A stretch of 32,000 nucleotides of DNA from Pseudodesulfovibrio mercurii (lineage in GTDB: Bacteria; Desulfobacterota; Desulfovibrionia; Desulfovibrionales; Desulfovibrionaceae), in assembly GCF_000189295.2 (NCBI RefSeq), contig NC_016803.1:2040001-2072000 (forward strand). Reading direction: 5' to 3'. Below the pieces are notes generated by a model. The model was not told the origin of the DNA and ran no database searches. It worked only from the letters and a program-made list of their open reading frames with translations. Made by a program: the position numbers and the translations under genes. Positions within the stretch are counted from its first letter, which is position 1, and each line of letters starts with the position of its first letter. Of this stretch, positions 7,528 to 15,990 are shown piece by piece.

Positions 7528-8826
7528 CTACAGACAGGTGCAGGACCCGCCGGACAGCCGGTCCCAGCGTCCCTGGCGGAAGGCGAGCAGGATCTCCTGC
7601 ACGGTGCGGTCCCGGCAGCCGCGCAGGCACAGGCGGACCGCCTGGTGCCGGAACCCCTCGGCCACACGCCGGGCGTGGGAGCCGTGGGAACGCACCCAGA
7701 CGTCGGCCTCGGGCGCGACGGAGCGGATGCGGCCGTAGGCCTCCTCCCCGCCCAGGCCGCCCAGCTGCGGGGCCGCCACCACCGTGGGACGGGTCAGGGC
7801 CAGGGTCCCGCGCCGCCCCAGGAACGAAAGTTTGGATTCGCCGCACAACAGCGCGCCGCACTCGGCGTCGCCGTAGCGGAAGACCAGGCCGGACGCGGAC
7901 GCCCCCAGCCGCCTTACCGCCTGGAACACGGCCGGGGCCGACACGCGGGCCGGTGCGCCCTCCCCCCGGCCGGGCCGGACCGGATCGGAAACGCCTTCCC
8001 GGCCTTCCGGGACGGGCAGGCCGTTCAGGCACATGACCGGATGCCGGGGCACCAGACGCTCCTCGAGCCGCCCGGTCTGCCGGAACCAGCGCACCCGGAC
8101 CCCGCCCCGGAACAGCAGTCCCTGGACCGCCACGGCCAGGGCCAGGACGCCCGCCATCTCGCGGGCCGCCGCGTGCGTGGACACGGCCAGCCCCTCGGCC
8201 CGGCAGGCCAGCAGCCGGGCGCAAAGCACGGCCCGCGTACCGGGGTCCACGTCAGCGGCGCGGCTCAGGCCGTCCAGGCAGAGGGACAAAAGCTCGCCGC
8301 CCCCCCGGTTCGCGGTCCCGGCCAGGAGCATCTCGGTGACCGAGGCAAAGGCGGACTCCGGCGTGAGGGGCCGGGGCCGGACCGGCAACCGGCCCGTGCA
8401 CGCGGCCGCCCCGAGCAGGGCCATGGTCGCGCCCGCGCTCAGGTCCCCGCCGCCCACCGGAGGCAGGGTGTCGGGCACGGGAAAGGACGCCTCCACGGGC
8501 ACGGGCCAGCCGCAGCGGACCAGCCAGTCCGGGAAGCCGCCGTCGAACGCGCCCGCCGCCCCGGCCAGGTCGAGCAGCCCCTCGGGCAGCCAGTACTCCC
8601 CCACCGGGTAGTCGGCGTCCATGAGATCCAGGATGCCGCCCAGCCGCTCGGGCGACGCGGACGTGCACACCGCCGCCCGAATCCTGCCCACCCGCCGCTC
8701 GCGCAGCAGGCGGGGCAGTCGCCCGGTCAATCCGCCCCCGTCGAAGAGATAGGCACCACGCCGCGTGGACAACAGGCAGGCCTCGCCCCGGTCCACCGGG
8801 AGCACTCTGAATAGCGTCGAATCCAT
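7528..8826 (-). CDS. Hypothetical protein with ComEC-type metallo-beta-lactamase-like pattern but degenerate metal-binding motif
   Basis: ATG at 8826 preceded by AGGAA. Third codon positions are strongly G/C. The N-terminus FRVLPVDRGEACLLSTRRGAYLFDGGG then IRAAVCTSASPERLGGIL resembles the MBL strand-loop and HxHxDH region, but with His/Asp replaced. The family assignment is from memory, not from a search. Confidence 0.7.
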   Translation of the reverse strand: MDSTLFRVLPVDRGEACLLSTRRGAYLFDGGGLTGRLPRLLRERRVGRIRAAVCTSASPERLGGILDLMDADYPVGEYWLPEGLLDLAGAAGAFDGGFPDWLVRCGWPVPVEASFPVPDTLPPVGGGDLSAGATMALLGAAACTGRLPVRPRPLTPESAFASVTEMLLAGTANRGGGELLSLCLDGLSRAADVDPGTRAVLCARLLACRAEGLAVSTHAAAREMAGVLALAVAVQGLLFRGGVRVRWFRQTGRLEERLVPRHPVMCLNGLPVPEGREGVSDPVRPGRGEGAPARVSAPAVFQAVRRLGASASGLVFRYGDAECGALLCGESKLSFLGRRGTLALTRPTVVAAPQLGGLGGEEAYGRIRSVAPEADVWVRSHGSHARRVAEGFRHQAVRLCLRGCRDRTVQEILLAFRQGRWDRLSGGSCTCL

Positions 8827-9063
8827 TTGTTTCCTTGATGAAATGAGATTACCGCCAGAATTTCGATTCCACTATATTCAAAGCGGTTTTCTATATCAAG
8901 AAATAATTTTATGGAAAAAATGCACCCTGCCGCAACAGGCTGTTTTTCCTGGTCTCTCTTTTGACACATGCGAGGAATCGAAAGAGCGATATTCAAACTT
9001 TTCCCATTAATTCAGCATATTGTACGTGACGGGTCCGGGTCTTGCACCGGAAAGACTTAGGCG

Positions 9064-9092
9064 TTGACAAGGTTTTGACCGATCATTATATG
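9064..9092 (+). promoter_or_regulatory. Sigma70-like promoter for the 3D-domain gene
   Basis: TTGACA at 9064-9069, a 16-17 nt spacer, then TTATAT/TATATG at 9086-9092. About 36 nt upstream of the ATG at 9128. Confidence 0.45.
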
Positions 9093-9127
9093 CCTCGGAC
9101 CTGAAAACGACAACGGAGCAATCCTGT

Positions 9128-9619
9128 ATGCGAATACTCTTCAATTACACGATCACCCCGGTCCTGTGCGCGGCCCTGGTGATCATGGCCGTGGTGGTCG
9201 TCGTCAAGCAACAGAAGATCGACGACCTGTCCCACCGCCTGGTACTGGCCCAAAAGACGGCCGAAGCGCGCAAGGTCATGGTCGAGGAGGTCCGCCTCCT
9301 GCAAAAGGCCAAGATGTCCCCGGTTCGCACGGTGACCGTGACCGCCTACAATCCCTCCACCGACCAGTGCGACGACGACCCGCTCATGGCCGCGTCCATG
9401 CGCAAGGTCCGCACCGGCACCATCGCGGTATCCCGCGACCTCTTCGACCAGGGCTGGGTGTTCGGCCGCAAGGTCCGCATCGAGGGCCTCGGCATCTTCG
9501 AGATCAACGACCTCATGAACAAGCGCTATCATCAGCGCATCGACATCTTCATGTGGGACGAATCCCAAGCCCGCGAGTTCGGGCGCAAGAACATCAAGGC
9601 GGCGCTGCTCGATATCTAG
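9128..9619 (+). CDS. Membrane-anchored 3D-domain (MltA/RlpA-like double-psi beta-barrel) protein
   Basis: ATG at 9128 with GGAG 9 nt upstream. An N-terminal TM helix is followed by VTVTAYNPSTDQCDDDP...TGTIAVSRDLF...IEGLGIFEINDLMNKRY...IDIFM, characteristic of 3D-domain proteins. Confidence 0.8.
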   Translation: MRILFNYTITPVLCAALVIMAVVVVVKQQKIDDLSHRLVLAQKTAEARKVMVEEVRLLQKAKMSPVRTVTVTAYNPSTDQCDDDPLMAASMRKVRTGTIAVSRDLFDQGWVFGRKVRIEGLGIFEINDLMNKRYHQRIDIFMWDESQAREFGRKNIKAALLDI

Positions 9620-9638
9620 CCCGAGCGGCTGCGGAAGT

Positions 9639-9665
9639 AAGGGCCCCGTACGGGGCCTTTTTCAT
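9639..9665 (+). terminator. Rho-independent terminator after the 3D-domain gene
   Basis: Stem ggcccc / ggggcc (9642-9657) with a GTAC loop, followed by TTTTT. Confidence 0.6.
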
Positions 9666-9732
9666 TTCTTGCGCCCGAAACAACAGCGGCTCGGGAGAGC
9701 CGCTGTTCGGGGCTCCGCCCCGAAAACGCACC

Positions 9733-9788
9733 AAAGAAAAAGGCAAGTGCCCTGCTCGACACATGGTCGGGCAGGGCACTTGTTTTTT
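9733..9788. terminator. Strong bidirectional terminator-like hairpin
   Basis: 12-bp stem caagtgccctgc / gcagggcacttg (9744-9755 / 9771-9782) with extra inner pairing. T6 lies on the plus side (9783-9788) and an A-rich run on the left gives a U-tract on the minus strand. Confidence 0.6.
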
Positions 9789-9903
9789 GCAAGGTGTACG
9801 CACCACATAATATGAAGGGGATCGGAGCGATTCTCTTCTCCCCGCCGCACTTCCGGCCTCGGGATAGGCTTTCGAGAGTGGTGCAGCTGTGCATTTTCTT
9901 CCT

Positions 9904-9953
9904 GGGGGCTTTCACCGCAGCGTATTGCGGCATACGTGAGGATGAAAGCCCCC
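9904..9953. other. Nested stem-loop in non-coding DNA (no U-tract on either strand)
   Basis: 11-bp outer stem gggggctttca / tgaaagccccc encloses an inner hairpin ccgca-gcgtat-tgcgg (9915-9930). Confidence 0.45.
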
Positions 9954-10004
9954 TGGAAAAAATGTGCAGATGCGCCGCTATCGGAAGCCGCCTCCCGTCC
10001 CTAA

Positions 10005-10811
10005 CTACTCCAGCCAATCGATCTCGACGGTCTTCCTGGTCGGTATCCGCTTGTAGCGGTACTTCGGATAGCCGAGCATCAGCGCGGCGTACACCCCGTG
10101 TCCTTCCGGGATGCCCAGTTCCCTGCGGATGTTGCAGCAGCCCTCGGCGACCTCCATGAGAAAGCCGGCCCAGCAGGCGCCCAGGCCGTGGGCGTGGGCC
10201 GCGAGTTCGAGGTAGGCGGCGGCCAGGGCGCAGTCCTCGGCCGGGTTGAAGCCGTCCTCCGGGGCGTGGGCCACGGCCACGTGGGGCGCGCCGTGCAGGA
10301 TCTTGTCCACGCCGCGCGCCCAGTTCTTGACCACGCCGGGCATGATGGAGTTGGTGGCCATGTACTCAACGGTCATGCCCGCCAGCCGCCGGGTGGCCTG
10401 GGGCGTGCGGGTCACGATCCAGTGGGCGGGCTGGCCGTTCTTGGCGCTGGGCGCGAACGCGGACACGGAGAAGAGGTGGTTGAGGACCTCCTCGGGCACG
10501 GGCTTGTCCCGGTAGGTGCGCACCGAGCGCCGCCCGGCCAGGAACTGGTCGGCCTGGGCCGGGGTCAGCTTCAGGTCGCGGTCGAGGGCGACGCACTGGG
10601 CCGGGGCCAGGCCCGGGGTCACGGCGGGCATCTCGGGCAGGGTCACGGCCCCCACCGGGCAGACCGCCACGCAGTGGCCGCAATTGATGCAGGTTTTTTT
10701 GGCGGCGGGTCGGAGCTTGGGAAAGCCCTCGCGGTCCTCGACGATGAGGTCGAAGGGACACTCGTCCAGACACGCGCCGCAGCGCTTGCAGATATCCTTG
10801 TCGGCAAACAT
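10005..10811 (-). CDS. 4Fe-4S ferredoxin domain fused to a nitroreductase-family domain
   Basis: ATG at 10811 preceded by GAGGAG. Two CxxCxxCxxxCP motifs are present (CKRCGACLDECP, CINCGHCVAVCP). These are followed by nitroreductase-like RRSVRTY...APSAKNGQP... Confidence 0.85.
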   Translation of the reverse strand: MFADKDICKRCGACLDECPFDLIVEDREGFPKLRPAAKKTCINCGHCVAVCPVGAVTLPEMPAVTPGLAPAQCVALDRDLKLTPAQADQFLAGRRSVRTYRDKPVPEEVLNHLFSVSAFAPSAKNGQPAHWIVTRTPQATRRLAGMTVEYMATNSIMPGVVKNWARGVDKILHGAPHVAVAHAPEDGFNPAEDCALAAAYLELAAHAHGLGACWAGFLMEVAEGCCNIRRELGIPEGHGVYAALMLGYPKYRYKRIPTRKTVEIDWLE

Positions 10812-10866
10812 GTGTGCTCCTCGGGGGGGCTGCCCGGCGGACCGGGGAAAATCGGGCGGAACCGGG

Positions 10867-11445
10867 CTACTTCCTCGCGGCCTCGGCAATGGCCGGGATG
10901 GCCTCGTACATGACCCCGCGCAGGGCCTCGGCCAGGATGTCGGCCTCGGAGGAATAACCGGGCACGACCACGTCCTCCACCTCGCTGGTGTACTTCTCGG
11001 TGTACACGGTCTCGTCCTCGCGCATGACCTTGATGCGCACCGAGACGCGGCCCTTGTAGGTGGTCACGCCGGTCTGGTTCAGGGTCAGCTCCAGGACCTC
11101 GCCGGTGACGACCAGCTTGTCGTCGGGCGTGAGGGTGGCGGTCCGGTACTTGGGCTTGCACCCGGCGTTCTCCAGCTCGTCGAACAGGGCCCAGCCCACC
11201 CACTCGGCCACGTCGGACAGGGTGGTGATGGTCTCCTTGTCCGTGGTCTTGCCCAGGGCCGAGGCGGGCCGCTTGTCCTCGAAACGGTAGACCGTGATCT
11301 CGCCCACGCACGGCGTGTCGGTGGAGATCAGGGCGTATTTCAGCTTGACCGCGTTGCCCGCCGCGCATCCGGCGGTCAGCAGGGCCAGGGCCAGGACCGG
11401 AAGCACCAGCCGTTTCATATATGTCTTCATCGCGTTCATCTCCAT
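10867..11445 (-). CDS. Lipoprotein (YajG-like size and architecture; family uncertain)
   Basis: Lipobox LLTAGC. The ATG at 11445 overlaps the upstream stop (TGATG), suggesting coupling. Alternative ATGs lie at 11430 and 11418. Confidence 0.7.
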   Translation of the reverse strand: MEMNAMKTYMKRLVLPVLALALLTAGCAAGNAVKLKYALISTDTPCVGEITVYRFEDKRPASALGKTTDKETITTLSDVAEWVGWALFDELENAGCKPKYRTATLTPDDKLVVTGEVLELTLNQTGVTTYKGRVSVRIKVMREDETVYTEKYTSEVEDVVVPGYSSEADILAEALRGVMYEAIPAIAEAARK

Positions 11446-11855
11446 CAGATTTGGTCGCCCGTGGCGGGCGGTTCCTCGGTTGCCGGGGGCGTGTCGTCCA
11501 GCTGGGACTCCATCTTGTCCAGGAGCTTGCGGGTCAGTTCCATGAGCCGGTCGAGATTCTCACCCACGAAGCTCTTGGCCTTGGCGTCCAGTTCCTCGTC
11601 GGAGGGGGCGGCGCCGGACCCGGCGTCCCCGCCGTCCCCGGAACGATCCTTGTCCGCTTCGAGCAGGGCGCGGATGTCCTCGAGGTTCCCGCGCACGCGG
11701 GCCAGTTCCTCGCGCAACGCTTTGTCGCGCGCGGCGGCCTCCTGCTCCAGGGACTTGACCTGGGCCTCCAGCCGATCCACGCGCTCCGCATCGGGACCGG
11801 GTCCCGAGCAGGCGAACAGGGCCAGAACCAGGGCGAGTGCAGCCAATCGTTTCAT
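11445..11855 (-). CDS. Small lipoprotein with a coiled-coil segment and acidic tail
   Basis: ATG at 11855 preceded by GAAGGAGG. Lipobox ALFAC. The heptad-like stretch RVDRLEAQVKSLEQEAAARDKALREELARVRGNLEDIRALLE follows. Confidence 0.7.
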   Translation of the reverse strand: MKRLAALALVLALFACSGPGPDAERVDRLEAQVKSLEQEAAARDKALREELARVRGNLEDIRALLEADKDRSGDGGDAGSGAAPSDEELDAKAKSFVGENLDRLMELTRKLLDKMESQLDDTPPATEEPPATGDQI

Positions 11856-11942
11856 GGGCGCCTCCTTCGCATGGCTTCCGATACCACAACCCCTCGCGGG
11901 CTGACAATGCGCAAGGACGGTCCCGGACGGCCATCCCGCTCC

Positions 11943-11970
11943 TTGCCTTTCGCCCGTAAATCCGTACAAT
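11943..11970 (+). promoter_or_regulatory. Sigma70-like promoter for the 12015 operon
   Basis: TTGCCT (11943-11948), a 16-nt spacer, then TACAAT (11965-11970). About 45 nt upstream of the ATG at 12015. Confidence 0.45.
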
Positions 11971-12014
11971 GCGTTCACGGTTGCTTCCATATCCGCAGAG
12001 AGACGACATCGGCA

Positions 12015-12473
12015 ATGAACACACTGCGCGCCCTGACATTCCTGATCGTCCTGGCGGCCGCGGCCATCCCGGCCATGGCCTCCGACTACGCCCAGGCCCC
12101 CCACCCCACCGGCTTCCGAGGCCTGGCCTGGGGCACTGCCCTGTCCGAGACCCAGGGGCTGGTCCCGGTGCAGGAGCCCGGCTTCGAAAACACCTACTTC
12201 AAACGCGACGAGCCCAAGACCTTCGGCAAGGCCGACATCCTGTCCGTGGCCTACTACTTCCGCCAGGACAAGCTCTACCGCGTGGGCATCGCCTTCAAGG
12301 GGCGGGTCAACCAGTTCTTCCTCAAGGACATGCTCATGCAGCGCTACGGCATGGGCCGGGGCATCGGCTTCCGCTACGGCTGGATGTGGCCCGATTTCTC
12401 CATCGAACTGAACTACGACAACGACAAGGACAGCGGCAGCCTCTACTACACCTTTGAAGGCGCCCTGCAATAA
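12015..12473 (+). CDS. Secreted hypothetical protein
   Basis: In-frame ATG at 12015. Signal peptide MNTLRALTFLIVLAAAAIPAMA|SD. G/C-rich third positions. Followed 8 nt later by the next gene. No family recognised. Confidence 0.6.
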   Translation: MNTLRALTFLIVLAAAAIPAMASDYAQAPHPTGFRGLAWGTALSETQGLVPVQEPGFENTYFKRDEPKTFGKADILSVAYYFRQDKLYRVGIAFKGRVNQFFLKDMLMQRYGMGRGIGFRYGWMWPDFSIELNYDNDKDSGSLYYTFEGALQ

Positions 12474-12481
12474 TCCGCCCC

Positions 12482-13267
12482 ATGGACCGTTCCGCCACCG
12501 CACGACCCACGGCGCGCCACAAGGCGCTGTACGCCTTGAGCGTCGCGGCCCTGGCCCTGCTCCTGTGCGCCTGCTTCGGGGTGGTCTACAGCCTGCGCCT
12601 CCATCCGGACGCGGACCGCGACCGGCTCCTGCACCTGGCCTACCTGTGCATGGCGGGTGGGTTCCTGGTGCTCGCGGCCCAGGGGCTGCTGGTCTTCAAG
12701 AAGATTCTGGCCCCCATGGGCCGGGACGCGGCCCGCGCCGACGAACTGGCCGAGCTGGTGGAGCGGCTGGCGGTCCTGGACTCCCTGACCCAGGCCTACA
12801 ACCGGGGCAAGTTCGAGGAGATCATCACCCGGGAGCTGGACAACGTCCGGCGCTACGGCCTGGACCTGTCCGGAATCATGCTCGACGTGGACGGATTCCG
12901 GGCCATCAACCAGCTCCACGGCTACTACGCCGGCGACCGGTTGCTGGCCAACCTGGCCCACTACCTGGACGCCCAGCTGCGCAGCAACGACTTCCTGTTC
13001 CGCTGGCACGGCGGCAAGTTCATCATCCTCTGTCCGCACACGGACATCGACCGGGCGGCCATCGTGGCCGAGAAGATCCGCATGCTCGTGGGGCACAAGC
13101 TGTTCGGCGGCAAGGTCCGCATGTTCCTCTCCCTGGGCGTGGTCCAGGCCGAGGAGGAGGACACCGCCGAGACCCTCATGCAGCGGCTCCAGGCGGGCCT
13201 GGCCGCGTCCAAGAACGGCGGCCGGAACCAGGTCACCGTGGTCCGCGTCCCGCTCTTTTCCTACTGA
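12482..13267 (+). CDS. Membrane-anchored GGDEF-domain protein with degenerate active site (HGGKF) and intact RxxD I-site
   Basis: Two N-terminal hydrophobic segments. GGDEF-fold motifs DVDGFRAINQLHGYYAGDRLL. The A-site position reads RW-HGGKF (13007-13021) and RSND lies 5 residues upstream (12980-12991). Confidence 0.85.
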   Translation: MDRSATARPTARHKALYALSVAALALLLCACFGVVYSLRLHPDADRDRLLHLAYLCMAGGFLVLAAQGLLVFKKILAPMGRDAARADELAELVERLAVLDSLTQAYNRGKFEEIITRELDNVRRYGLDLSGIMLDVDGFRAINQLHGYYAGDRLLANLAHYLDAQLRSNDFLFRWHGGKFIILCPHTDIDRAAIVAEKIRMLVGHKLFGGKVRMFLSLGVVQAEEEDTAETLMQRLQAGLAASKNGGRNQVTVVRVPLFSY

Positions 13268-13396
13268 CCCGGACCCCGTCCGGGGGCGGGTCCGAAGCCT
13301 TGGGAACAGTCGCGCCATCCCATTTCCTTTTTTCCCGGTTCTACGCTATATGGTGAGGGCGATAATCAGACACTCCGAACAGGACGGCCCGCAACC

Positions 13397-15877
13397 ATGG
13401 CGCAGGACAAGACCACCCACTATCTCAAATACGCCCCCACCAGGGTCCTGCTCCCCTCGGCCCTGATGCTTCTTCTCTTCGCCGGTTCCATCTTCCTCTA
13501 CCTTCTGCCCTCGGTGGAGACGGCCCTGCTCGACGCCCAGAAGGAAAAGGTCGTGGAGATCACCGACACCGTGGTCGGCACCCTGGTCCACCTGAACGAC
13601 ATGGCCGAGCGCGGCGAGATATCCCTCGACTACGCCCACCGGCTGGGCGCGGAGTTCGTCAAGACCACCCGCTACGGCCCGGAGGCCAAGGCCTATTTCT
13701 GGATCACGGACCTGACCCCGCGCATGATCATGCACCCCTACCGGCCCGACCTGGACGGCCAGGACCTGACCGACTACCGGGACCGCGAGGGCAAGCGGAT
13801 ATTCATGGAGTTCCTGCACGCGGCCCGGCGCAACCAGGACGCCTTCGTGGACTACTACTGGCAGTGGCAGGACCAGCCCGAGCGCATCGCCCGCAAGCTC
13901 TCCCACGTGCGTCTGTTCGCCCCCTGGGGCTGGGTTATCGGCACCGGCCTGTACACCGACGACGTGCATGCCGAAATCGGCGTGTACCGCAACCACGTGG
14001 CCCTGATCTTCCTCGGCATCCTGCTGGCCAGCGCCCTGCTCTCCCTGTACGTGGTCCGCCAGGCGGGCATGACCGAAATGAAGAAGGCCCAGATCCAGGG
14101 CCAGCGGGAAAAACTGGTCCGCGTGCTCCAGGAGAGCGAGGAGCGCTACCGGACCATCGCGGACTTCGGCTACGACTGGGAGATATGGATCGGTACGGAC
14201 AACTCCATCCACTACTGCTCCCCGGCCTGCCAGCGGATCACCGGGTACCCGCCCGAGCGGTTCTTCGAGGACCCCGGCCTGGTCCGGGAGATCATCATCA
14301 ACGACGACCAGGACGCCTGGGACGCCTATCTGGTGGAGGCCGACTCGGACCGGGGCGACTCGCTCGACTTCCGCATCCTGACCGCGGACGGCAAGGTCCG
14401 CTGGCTCGGCGTGGTCGGCCGGTCCGTGTCCGGCATCGGCGGCAAGCCCCTGGGCATGCGCCTGAGCTTCCGCGACATCACCGACCGCAAGACCATGGAG
14501 GAACAGCTCCGCCACCAGGCCCTGCACGACCCCCTGACCAACCTGGCCAACCGGACCCTGTGCCTGGACCGACTGGGCCAGGCCATGCGCCGGGCCAAAC
14601 GGCGCGAGAACTACTTCTTCGCGGTGGTCTTCCTGGACCTCGACCGCTTCAAGATCATCAACGACTCCCTGGGCCACCGCTTCGGCGACATGGTCCTGGC
14701 CGAGACGGCCATCCGGCTGTCCGGCGAGATGCGCGGCCTGGACACGGTCTCCCGGTTCGGCGGGGATGAGTTCGTCCTGCTCCTGGACGAGCTGTCCAGC
14801 CCCGGCGAGGCCATCCGGATCATCAAGCGCGTGCGCGAGCGGCTGTCCGAGCCCTTCCGCTTCAACGGCAACGAGGTCCAGACCACGGCCAGCTTCGGCA
14901 TCGTCCTGAGCCCCGTGGTGGACGGCAAGGCCCCGGACGTGCTGCAACACGCCAACATCGCCATGCACCGCGCCAAGGAGGCCGGACGCAACCGCTTCAA
15001 GGTCTTCACCGAGCGCATGCTCGAGACCGCCGTGGACCAGCTGACCCTGGAGAACGACATGCGCCGGGGGCTGGCCAACGACGAGTTCCACGTGGTCTAC
15101 CAGCCGATCATGGACCTGAACGGCTCGGACGTGGTCGGCTTCGAGGCCCTGGCCCGCTGGGACCACCCGGACCGGGGGGCCATCCCGCCCGCCGAGTTCA
15201 TCCCCATGGCCGAGGAGTCCGGGCTGATCGTCGAGCTGGGCGAGTGGGTCCTGCAACAGGCCCTGCGCACCCTGGCCGGGTGGCGCAACGACACCCCGGG
15301 CGTGGACGACATCTTCATGTCCGTGAACCTGTCGAGCAAACAGTTCGCCCGTATCGAGCTGGACAAGATCGTGGTCCGGACCCTGGAGCGGTACGGCCTG
15401 CCCCCGTCCTGCCTCAAACTCGAGATCACCGAGTCCTCCATCATGGGCAACCCGGAATCCTCCCTGCGCATCCTGAACCGGCTGCGCAAGGCCGGGGTGC
15501 GCTTCTCCATCGACGACTTCGGCACGGGCTACTCCTCCCTGTCCCAACTCCAGCAACTGCCCGTGGACACCCTCAAGGTGGACCGGACCTTCATCTCGCG
15601 CATGCGCACCGACCCGGAGAACATGGAGATCGTCAAGGCGGTCATCGCCCTGGGCCACTCGCTGGACCTGAACGTGGTCGCCGAGGGCGTGGAGAACCCG
15701 GAACAGCTCTGCTCCCTGCTCAACCTGTCGTGCAACTGCGTCCAGGGGTTCTACTTCCACGAGCCCATGAACGCGGCCCTGGCCCGTGAGATGCTCCGGC
15801 AGCGCACCGCCCGGACCGCCGAGGAGACACGAGAAAAGGTTGAGGCCGCCCGGCGCGACTGCAAGCCCGACGAATAG
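13397..15877 (+). CDS. Cache-PAS-GGDEF-EAL c-di-GMP turnover protein
   Basis: The periplasmic segment between two TM helices has the Cache-like YFWITD...MIMHPYRPDLDGQDL. A PAS region follows. Intact RGLD...GGDEF. EAL motifs EALARW, DDFGTGYSSL, KVDRTFI and EGVE are all present. Confidence 0.9.
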   Translation: MAQDKTTHYLKYAPTRVLLPSALMLLLFAGSIFLYLLPSVETALLDAQKEKVVEITDTVVGTLVHLNDMAERGEISLDYAHRLGAEFVKTTRYGPEAKAYFWITDLTPRMIMHPYRPDLDGQDLTDYRDREGKRIFMEFLHAARRNQDAFVDYYWQWQDQPERIARKLSHVRLFAPWGWVIGTGLYTDDVHAEIGVYRNHVALIFLGILLASALLSLYVVRQAGMTEMKKAQIQGQREKLVRVLQESEERYRTIADFGYDWEIWIGTDNSIHYCSPACQRITGYPPERFFEDPGLVREIIINDDQDAWDAYLVEADSDRGDSLDFRILTADGKVRWLGVVGRSVSGIGGKPLGMRLSFRDITDRKTMEEQLRHQALHDPLTNLANRTLCLDRLGQAMRRAKRRENYFFAVVFLDLDRFKIINDSLGHRFGDMVLAETAIRLSGEMRGLDTVSRFGGDEFVLLLDELSSPGEAIRIIKRVRERLSEPFRFNGNEVQTTASFGIVLSPVVDGKAPDVLQHANIAMHRAKEAGRNRFKVFTERMLETAVDQLTLENDMRRGLANDEFHVVYQPIMDLNGSDVVGFEALARWDHPDRGAIPPAEFIPMAEESGLIVELGEWVLQQALRTLAGWRNDTPGVDDIFMSVNLSSKQFARIELDKIVVRTLERYGLPPSCLKLEITESSIMGNPESSLRILNRLRKAGVRFSIDDFGTGYSSLSQLQQLPVDTLKVDRTFISRMRTDPENMEIVKAVIALGHSLDLNVVAEGVENPEQLCSLLNLSCNCVQGFYFHEPMNAALAREMLRQRTARTAEETREKVEAARRDCKPDE

Positions 15878-15923
15878 TCCGCCCCCCTCCACCCGCCTAT
15901 CGTCCGCGCCATCGTCCGACGCG

Positions 15924-15962
15924 AAAAAGGCCCTGTCCGGCAACACCGGGCAGGGCCTTTTC
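15924..15962. terminator. Bidirectional rho-independent terminator
   Basis: A-run, then stem aggccctg(t)ccgg / ccgg(g)cagggcct, then T-run. Lies between convergent genes. Confidence 0.65.
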
Positions 15963-15990
15963 GGACGGCGCGGGCCGCGTCCGGGACGGA

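Noticed and set aside
7259-8814. ORFs 7432-8814(+) and 7259-8224(-) competing with the 7528-8826(-) gene
   Set aside because: Reading codons by hand, the 7528-8826 minus frame has overwhelmingly G/C third positions, a proper ATG and an AGGAA SD. The competitors translate to Pro/Gly/Arg/Gln-rich strings typical of off-frame GC-rich DNA.
9616-10159. ORFs 9794-10159(+), 9616-10017(-) and 9662-9850(-) in the structured intergenic region
   Set aside because: They run through terminator hairpins, or into the nitroreductase gene on the wrong strand. They lack SD sequences and have non-coding-like composition. The region is better explained as RNA structure.
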